A stretch of 64,000 nt of DNA from Candidatus Kaiserbacteria bacterium (GTDB lineage Bacteria; Patescibacteriota; Minisyncoccia; Phycocordibacterales; Phycocordibacteraceae). Position 1 is the stretch's first letter, and each line of letters opens with the position of its first letter. Positions 57,409 through 64,000 of this stretch are shown here, piece after piece. Below the pieces are notes generated by a model. That model had not been told where the DNA came from. It saw only the letters and a list, made by a program, of their open reading frames with translations, and made no database searches. The position numbers were made by a program, and so were the translations under genes. Location of the stretch: positions 18,421 to 82,420 of the forward strand of contig JAHFMN010000003.1 in NCBI GenBank assembly GCA_023264445.1, written 5' to 3'.

Positions 57409-57986
57409 GGATAATTGGGCAGCGTATCGGGTCGATAGTCGAAATGGAAATACTCACGTTTCGTACCGATACGGAAACCGTTAAGCATCATTAATTTACC
57501 GAGATAGTCTTGTAATTCCTGGCATTGCTGTGACCCTTCGTCTTTTTTATTTTTATAAAAGTCGATGAAGAGCGCTGGTACACCATCTTCGCTACGCCGC
57601 ATATGAATTTCTTTATTTTCTTTGGTATCCCAGATCGCTACGTCTACCGAAAGACCAAGAGCGTGGGGCATTGTATTCATATTTAGGATGGAGTCTGTTA
57701 CTTCTTTACCGTATTTCTCCACGCGCCGCTGGTATACGATTTTGTAGATTTCCTCCGATCGATACCCTTCTTTTATGTATAAACGCCATCCTTTTTCTTG
57801 GAGTTTTTGGTCTATCGCCGCCAGTTTATCAATAATTTGCTTGCTCACCCGAACTCGATCATCTTTAAGGCCAGCTTGCATAATATCCTCCTTAGTAAGG
57901 CCGTGTGTAGCGTATTTATGCCAATAAAAATTGCTACCGAGGAGGCCATAGTCGTCTATATATACGAGGTCGGTAGGCGTGGTCAT
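57405..57986 (-). CDS. M15-family zinc metallopeptidase (VanX/D-Ala-D-Ala dipeptidase or LD-carboxypeptidase-like)
   Basis: HALGLSVD (HxxGxAxD) motif and 193 aa size. GC content clearly lower (about 43-45%) than the flanking ~60%. Confidence 0.6.
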   Translation of the reverse strand: MTTPTDLVYIDDYGLLGSNFYWHKYATHGLTKEDIMQAGLKDDRVRVSKQIIDKLAAIDQKLQEKGWRLYIKEGYRSEEIYKIVYQRRVEKYGKEVTDSILNMNTMPHALGLSVDVAIWDTKENKEIHMRRSEDGVPALFIDFYKNKKDEGSQQCQELQDYLGKLMMLNGFRIGTKREYFHFDYRPDTLPNYP

Positions 57987-59293
57987 AGCTTCCCTACTAT
58001 CGCATTGAACTGGTCGCCGCGATCATACTCGTTCTTGAACATACCAAAGGAGGCGAAGGCGGGAGAAAAGAGAATGGTGTCGCCCAACTCGGCAGAGGAG
58101 AAAGCTTCAGCTATGGCTTTATCAAGAGTATCAAAGACAGAGGCGCCGGGAATAAATTCAAGTACGCGACTCGTACCAGTCCCCGCGAGCAGGATAGTGC
58201 GCTTCACCCCCCCAAGCTTTGCGAGAAGCGCATTCATATCAAGGCCCTTATCTGCGCCGCCCATGATAAGTACCGTTCGCGCTGGGTCGAGTGCCGCGAG
58301 CGCGGCAAGGGTCGCTTCGGGCGTGGTCGCAGTGGTGTCGTTGTAAATTTTGACCCCATTCACTTCCCTCACGAGTTCGAGCCGGCCGGGGACGCCCTTA
58401 AATGATTCAAGCGTCTTACGGCTTATCGAGTCGTCAATATCGAGTGTGCGAGCGACAGCGAGCGCGAGGGCAGCATTGTAGCGGTTATGGAGGCCCGGGA
58501 CACGAAGCGTCCACGTGTCAGGAAGCTTCGTCTCGTCTACCACGAGCGTTTTTGACTCTATCTGCTCTCCGTATCTATCAATGACTGTCGGCGCGCATTG
58601 TTTACCCAAGATGAGTGTGTCTTCTGGCTTCTGGTATAAAAAGATATTCGCCTTGTCAGCAAGATATACGTCAATATCGTTTTTATAATAGTTCAAATGG
58701 TCGGGATACAGTGTTGTGAAGACTGCAATATGCGGACTCATCCTCGCCTCACCGAAGCCCTGGCACTGCCACGAATCCAGCTCGAGAACTGCGACGTGTT
58801 GGGAAGTCGTTTCTGGCAAAAGAGAAAGTGTAGAGACGCCGCGCACATTTCCGCCAAGCAATACCTTCTTCCCTGCCCCTTTCAAGATGGCATGAATCAT
58901 GTGCGCTACGGTTGACTTGCCGCGGGTACCCGTCACGCCGATTATCGGAATCCCAGAAATTTCTGCGAAGAGGTCCGCGCTCATGCGTACCGGTATCTCA
59001 TGCTTCTTTGCCTCCGCGATATAGGGAGAATCAAGCGGCACGCCGGCCGCTTTCAGAATGAGATCGCGATTATTAAAATCTTCCAGCCGGTGCTCGCCAA
59101 GAACGAACGTGATGTTTGTAAACTGTTCAAGCTGGGCAACCGATTCAGCGAGCTCCTCGCGCGACTTCAAGTCAGTCACAATAAGCTCCGCTCCGCACTC
59201 CGCGAGATAAGCGGCATCGCCTACGCCTCGACCCAAAAGGCCGAGTCCCATGATAGTTATCTTTTTGCCCCGAAAATGAGATGAGGCGTCCAT
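57983..59293 (-). CDS. murD: UDP-N-acetylmuramoylalanine--D-glutamate ligase
   Basis: MDASSHFRGKKITIMGLGLLGRGVG...GVTGTRGKST...; start set at 59293 because the longer ORF-track start would overlap tRNA-Ile. Confidence 0.88.
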   Translation of the reverse strand: MDASSHFRGKKITIMGLGLLGRGVGDAAYLAECGAELIVTDLKSREELAESVAQLEQFTNITFVLGEHRLEDFNNRDLILKAAGVPLDSPYIAEAKKHEIPVRMSADLFAEISGIPIIGVTGTRGKSTVAHMIHAILKGAGKKVLLGGNVRGVSTLSLLPETTSQHVAVLELDSWQCQGFGEARMSPHIAVFTTLYPDHLNYYKNDIDVYLADKANIFLYQKPEDTLILGKQCAPTVIDRYGEQIESKTLVVDETKLPDTWTLRVPGLHNRYNAALALAVARTLDIDDSISRKTLESFKGVPGRLELVREVNGVKIYNDTTATTPEATLAALAALDPARTVLIMGGADKGLDMNALLAKLGGVKRTILLAGTGTSRVLEFIPGASVFDTLDKAIAEAFSSAELGDTILFSPAFASFGMFKNEYDRGDQFNAIVGKL

Positions 59294-59298
59294 GTGGG

Positions 59299-59371
59299 TG
59301 CACGCTCTAGGAGTCGAACCTAGGACCGCCCGAGTATCAGTCGGGTGCTCTACCAACTGAGCTAAGCGTGC
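59299..59371 (-). tRNA. tRNA-Ile (anticodon GAT)
   Basis: Manual fold: acceptor GCACGCT/AGCGTGC, D-arm GCTC-AGTTGGTA-GAGC, anticodon arm CCCGA-CTGATAC-TCGGG (GAT), T-arm CTAGG-TTCGACT-CCTAG, discriminator A. CCA not encoded. Confidence 0.9.
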
Positions 59372-59408
59372 ATCTGTGGATATTATCAAAAAACCTCTTT
59401 AGTTTCCA

Positions 59409-59447
59409 CTCAAACAAAAACACCCTTCTCGGGCGTTTTTGTTTGAG
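59409..59447. repeat. 39-nt near-perfect palindrome with flanking A- and T-runs in the 16S-tRNA spacer
   Basis: ctcaaacaaaaac-a-ccc-ttctc-ggg-c-gtttttgtttgag; terminator-like in both orientations. Confidence 0.7.
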
Positions 59448-59452
59448 TTTAA

Positions 59453-59488
59453 GAAAAGATGTGATGCGCTCTTTTGTTCCGCCTATTC
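59453..59488 (-). promoter_or_regulatory. 3' half of the 16S rRNA processing stem (pairs with 61105..61139)
   Basis: gaaaagatgtg...cttttgttccgcctattc is the exact reverse complement of 61105-61122 plus 61129-61139, bracketing the 16S gene. Confidence 0.7.
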
Positions 59489-59639
59489 TGTCTCGCTTGA
59501 GAGCTCATATGTGGCTCTCAAACGACCACCGGATTACGTTCCCCGGCACTCGAGCATCGGTTAGAGACGAATGCTATCTCTCGTGATTCTTTCGAATCAC
59601 ATCGACATGATTTTCCTTTCGGGAAAATCGGTTCCAATT

Positions 59640-61102
<1,463 letters not shown>

Positions 61103-61104
61103 AA

Positions 61105-61139
61105 GAATAGGCGGAACAAAAGAATTCACACATCTTTTC
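61105..61139 (-). promoter_or_regulatory. 5' half of the 16S rRNA processing stem (leader)
   Basis: Complementary to 59453..59488. An adjacent perfect hairpin gcccggcac-tcgc-gtgccgggc lies at 61141..61162. Confidence 0.7.
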
Positions 61140-61273
61140 TGCCCGGCACTCGCGTGCCGGGCGTTCACGTATGTAATTGTCAAAAAACATTCCGGGAAAC
61201 AAAAAGAACTCCTACGAGTCCGTCTTTGCTTCGACGTCCTGCCTACCTACTCTCTTCAGGTGGCAGTAAACCT

Positions 61274-61302
61274 ATACTATATGAGCCCCCGAGGGGCGTC
61301 AA
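61274..61302 (-). promoter_or_regulatory. Candidate sigma70-type rRNA promoter
   Basis: Minus-strand TTGACG, 17-nt spacer, TAGTAT, about 165 nt upstream of the 16S 5' end and just after an upstream terminator hairpin. Confidence 0.3.
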
Positions 61303-61321
61303 TAGCCTTGCCAGAAACAAG

Positions 61322-61356
61322 AAGCCCACGAGAAGAATGGGCCTTCTCGTGGGCTT
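61322..61356 (-). terminator. Intrinsic terminator of the small membrane-protein gene
   Basis: Perfect 14-bp stem aagcccacgagaag/cttctcgtgggctt with 7-nt loop, followed on the minus strand by CTTGTTTCTGG. Confidence 0.55.
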
Positions 61357-61374
61357 AGGTAGATTCTCTGGGAA

Positions 61375-61662
61375 TCAATAGTCCCAATCTTCAGGTCTAC
61401 CGATAAGCGCTAGGATGATCATCGCGGCAATCACCAAGGAGCAAAGGACGCCGACGCCGAAGTCACCGCCTATCGCCCCTATGCCCTTACTGGCCATTTC
61501 AGGCCCTCCTCCAATGAAGAACGGCGCAATGAAAAACATTACCGCTCCTACAATGAAGAGAATCAAAATAGGACCGAGAACAAGACGCAGTTCTTCGTAG
61601 ATATCCCCCCAGGATTGCCGCCTATAACGGGGAAACATCGACCATAACTTCTTAATAATCAT
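61375..61662 (-). CDS. Small hypothetical membrane protein (2 TM)
   Basis: 95 aa; two hydrophobic helices. Own terminator downstream and an AT-rich promoter region upstream. Confidence 0.5.
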   Translation of the reverse strand: MIIKKLWSMFPRYRRQSWGDIYEELRLVLGPILILFIVGAVMFFIAPFFIGGGPEMASKGIGAIGGDFGVGVLCSLVIAAMIILALIGRPEDWDY

Positions 61663-61871
61663 CGGACTCTCCCATAAATGAAATCAACGATCCCTAGAAA
61701 CTGAAAACAGTGTATCATTGAAAGTACAACATGTCAATAATCATGAAAACCCCGATGGATGGGGGAGGAATGGGGACATCCACCATTTAGCGCGCTAACA
61801 GCTCATGCAAAAGCCGAACGGCTCAAACCAGCCATCCCCATTTGGGTCCTATAGGGTCATTATTGGGATAC

Positions 61872-61900
61872 TTGGATATTTTTTCATTAGCGACTATCAA
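61872..61900 (+). promoter_or_regulatory. Candidate sigma70-like promoter for the plus-strand operon
   Basis: TTGGAT - 17 nt - TATCAA inside the AT-rich 415-nt intergenic region, about 35 nt upstream of the small-ORF ATG. Confidence 0.3.
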
Positions 61901-61932
61901 AAATAGAAGATTACCTATTGTTGGGATGGTAG

Positions 61933-61955
61933 CATATGAGGCATATGAGGCATAT
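61933..61955 (+). repeat. Tandem 9-nt repeat (catatgagg x2.5) containing duplicated in-frame ATG codons
   Basis: Read directly: catatgagg catatgagg catat. Confidence 0.8.
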
Positions 61956-62082
61956 TCTTACAGAGGAATTTGCACGTGCGGCGTGTGATCCGGACATGAT
62001 TGAACTCGCCGAGTGGAGCATCGACGATTACAAACAGCTTTTAGATGACGTGCCAGAGGAGACCGTAACGCTACAAATATGA
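61936..62082 (+). CDS. Unannotated 48-aa small ORF, translationally coupled (ATGA) to the downstream nucleotidyltransferase
   Basis: MRHMRHILTEEFARAACDPDMIELAEWSIDDYKQLLDDVPEETVTLQI; acidic, protein-like composition. Its stop TGA overlaps the ATG at 62079. Below the ORF-track length cutoff. Confidence 0.35.
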   Translation: MRHMRHILTEEFARAACDPDMIELAEWSIDDYKQLLDDVPEETVTLQI

Positions 62083-62540
62083 AAAATCCCGTCATCGTAG
62101 CGGTGTCTGGTGGTTTTGACCCCATCCATATCGGACATATCAGGATGTTCCAGGCGGCGAAGGCGCTCGGGGATGAGCTCGTGGTGATTCTAAATAATGA
62201 TGACTGGCTGTCCCACAAAAAAGGGGCGCCCTTTATGCACGAGCAGGAACGCAAGGAAATTATCGAGTCCATCAAAGGGGTTGACCGCGTCGTGATCACT
62301 GACCACTCGCCCAAAGATCCTGACCGGAGCGTGTGCCGCGCCCTGCGAGACATTCATCCCGATATTTTTGCGAATGGCGGCGACCGCCACCCCGAGGGGG
62401 ACCCTGTGCCCGAAGTAGAGCTCTGTAAAGAGCTTGGAATTGAGATGGTATACAACGTCGGCCACGGCGGCAAGGTCCAATCCTCCTCGTGGCTTATCAA
62501 GAAAATCACAAAAGATACTCCCGACACAAAAAGCAACTAG
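62079..62540 (+). CDS. Cytidylyl/adenylyltransferase-like nucleotidyltransferase (RfaE domain II/TagD family)
   Basis: VIVAVSGGFDPIHIGHIRMFQAAKALGDELVVILNND: HxGH nucleotidyltransferase motif; 153 aa. Confidence 0.65.
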   Translation: MKNPVIVAVSGGFDPIHIGHIRMFQAAKALGDELVVILNNDDWLSHKKGAPFMHEQERKEIIESIKGVDRVVITDHSPKDPDRSVCRALRDIHPDIFANGGDRHPEGDPVPEVELCKELGIEMVYNVGHGGKVQSSSWLIKKITKDTPDTKSN

Positions 62541-62598
62541 TACAAGTTGCACTTCCCTTTCAACAGACTATGATAGAGGGAGCCGTCACCCTTGCCTT

Positions 62599-63291
62599 AT
62601 GAACGCGAACGAGCGGGAGCGAATTGTTGTGTCCGTTGGAGGTTCACTTATCGTTCCTGATGGAATTGATACCGACTTTCTCTCTCGCTTCAGAGCGCTT
62701 ATTCTTGAAAAAATAGAGGCTGGGTTCTCCTTCTCCATTATTTCCGGCGGTGGAAAAACCGCACGTCGATACCAAGATGCCGCGCGTGCGGTTACCACGC
62801 TTTCACGTACCGACCTCGACTGGATTGGCATTCATGCGACGCGTCTCAACGCACAGCTCCTGCGCAACATCTTCGTCGAGCAGGCGTACCCGCATGTCGT
62901 AAAGAATCCGACCATCGATATTGAGGCCGATGAACCCATTATCATCGCTTCCGGCTGGCAGCCCGGCTGGTCTACCGACTATGTAGCGGTACTCATGGCA
63001 AAGAATCTCGGCGCACGACGCCTCGTGAACCTTTCTAACATTGACTATGTGTATGACAGCGACCCGCACAAAAATCCTGATGCAAAAAAGATTGAGGAAA
63101 TAGGTTGGGCTGACTTTAGAAAGTTAATTCCTGAAGAGTGGGATCCGGGACTCTCCTCCCCATTTGATCCCATCGCCGCAAAAGAGGCCGAGACCCTCGG
63201 TCTTGAAGTCGCCATCATGAACGGCGCAAAGCTCGAAGAATTTTCAAACTACCTCGACGGCAAGCCGTTCGTTGGAACAGTTATTTCTTAG
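62599..63291 (+). CDS. Amino-acid-kinase family protein, archaeal-type UMP kinase (PyrH)-like
   Basis: RIVVSVGGSLIV...ISGGGKTARRY...ASGWQPGWSTD. Start at MNANERER (62599); the ORF-track start at 62434 overlaps the upstream gene. Confidence 0.55.
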   Translation: MNANERERIVVSVGGSLIVPDGIDTDFLSRFRALILEKIEAGFSFSIISGGGKTARRYQDAARAVTTLSRTDLDWIGIHATRLNAQLLRNIFVEQAYPHVVKNPTIDIEADEPIIIASGWQPGWSTDYVAVLMAKNLGARRLVNLSNIDYVYDSDPHKNPDAKKIEEIGWADFRKLIPEEWDPGLSSPFDPIAAKEAETLGLEVAIMNGAKLEEFSNYLDGKPFVGTVIS

Positions 63292-64000
63292 CGAACCAGT
63301 TCGCGATAGGGATGAGGAGCGGAGCGGAGCGGCAGATGGAGGAGAAGGTGCCGGCGACAACGCCGACGAGCATCACGAGTGCAAAATTTTTGGTCGCCTC
63401 GGCACCGAAGTAGATGAGCGCCAGAAGAGCGAGCACGACTGTGAGTGCTGTGTTGATGGAACGAGTCATGGTCTCATTGATAGACTTCCCTATCGTGTCT
63501 TCGAACGATTCCTTGAGGCCAGTCTTCTCATTATTATTCAAATGCTCGCGAATGCGATCGAAGATGACGATGATGTCGTTCACACAGTAGCCCAAGAGAG
63601 CGAGCAGAGCGACGACGAAGAGCGAATCTACCTCAGCCCCCGAGAAATGAGCGTACGCGGCAAAGAATCCGGTCGGTACGATGATATCAATCGCGAGCAT
63701 TGCGATAACCGTGAGTCCGTAACCCCAGCTCGGTACTGGTCGAGATACCTTGCGGAAGGCAAAGGCGATATAGAGCACGATGACAAGCATTACGGCTCCG
63801 ATAGCCCAGAGTGCCTTGTCAGTGAACTGACTCCCAAGTGCAGGACCGACCGACGTATACGCAATTTCAGTTATGGGTACACTCGAAGAAAGAGCGGCAA
63901 AGATGGCCTCATGCTCCTCCGGTGTCATGGTGCGTGCGCGGATGGAGACATCGTTCGTCCCAACCGTGCGGACCGAGACCATGCCCTCGTGAACGAGGGC
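63281..64000 (-). CDS. secF: Protein translocase subunit SecF (or SecDF) C-terminal part; partial, N-terminus beyond window end
   Basis: Periplasmic domain then TM helices with the SecF-type ...LGYCVNDIIVIFDRIRE... motif. The reading frame is open through position 64000. Confidence 0.7.
   Translation of the reverse strand, partial: ALVHEGMVSVRTVGTNDVSIRARTMTPEEHEAIFAALSSSVPITEIAYTSVGPALGSQFTDKALWAIGAVMLVIVLYIAFAFRKVSRPVPSWGYGLTVIAMLAIDIIVPTGFFAAYAHFSGAEVDSLFVVALLALLGYCVNDIIVIFDRIREHLNNNEKTGLKESFEDTIGKSINETMTRSINTALTVVLALLALIYFGAEATKNFALVMLVGVVAGTFSSICRSAPLLIPIANWFAKK

Noticed and set aside
59294-59298. CCA end encoded for tRNA-Ile
   Set aside because: Sequence after the discriminator is CCCAC, not CCA, so CCA must be added post-transcriptionally. 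This also argues against the ORF-track murD start at 59389, which would run through the tRNA.
61663-62078. A structured ncRNA (RNase P, SRP, tmRNA, 6S) in the AT-rich intergenic region
   Set aside because: None of the conserved motifs of these RNAs (RNase P P4 region, SRP domain IV AGGAAG-type loop, tmRNA tRNA-like ends) could be found by eye. The region is better explained by divergent promoters plus a small ORF.

Overview
This is a high-GC (about 60%) bacterial window with nearly all genes on the minus strand, most likely from an uncultivated, deep-branching lineage. Roughly the first 52 kb (positions 1-51992) is one giant cell-surface glycan biosynthesis super-cluster. (1) A pseudaminic/legionaminic-type nonulosonic-acid pathway: PseB-like 4,6-dehydratase, PseC-like and other DegT aminotransferases, a PseG/NeuC-like GT-B protein, a Gfo/Idh/MocA oxidoreductase, NeuB/PseI synthase, a CMP-sugar synthetase fused to an aldo-keto reductase, and SAM methyltransferases. 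(2) Unusual tailoring enzymes: an acetolactate-synthase-like TPP enzyme plus an SDR (YerE/YerF-like branching), an ATP-grasp ligase, a class-III aminotransferase, two FemAB-like acyltransferases, two Zn-ribbon C-methyltransferase-like proteins, two FkbM methyltransferases, a B12-binding radical SAM enzyme, and two tandem polysaccharide pyruvyl transferases. (3) Three polyprenyl-phosphate-sugar modules (Dpm1-like GT2 paired with a GT-C membrane transferase, one with a GtrA flippase). A heptosyltransferase, GDP-mannose 4,6-dehydratase, three NAD-epimerases, an ABC exporter and a run of six translationally coupled GT4 paralogs are interspersed. Downstream lie a lamin-tail-domain surface protein, a TraD/VirD4-like P-loop ATPase, rsmI, murC, a low-GC M15/VanX-like peptidase and murD. 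Next comes an unlinked 16S rRNA - tRNA-Ile(GAT) unit. Its 16S carries a compensated 530-loop change (GCC to GGA and GGC to UCC) and lacks the canonical CCUCC anti-Shine-Dalgarno tail. Finally there is an AT-rich divergent promoter region, a nucleotidyltransferase, an archaeal-type UMP-kinase-like gene and a partial secF. Two edge-running genes missed by the ORF track (a methyltransferase at the left edge, secF at the right) and one small coupled ORF were added by manual translation.
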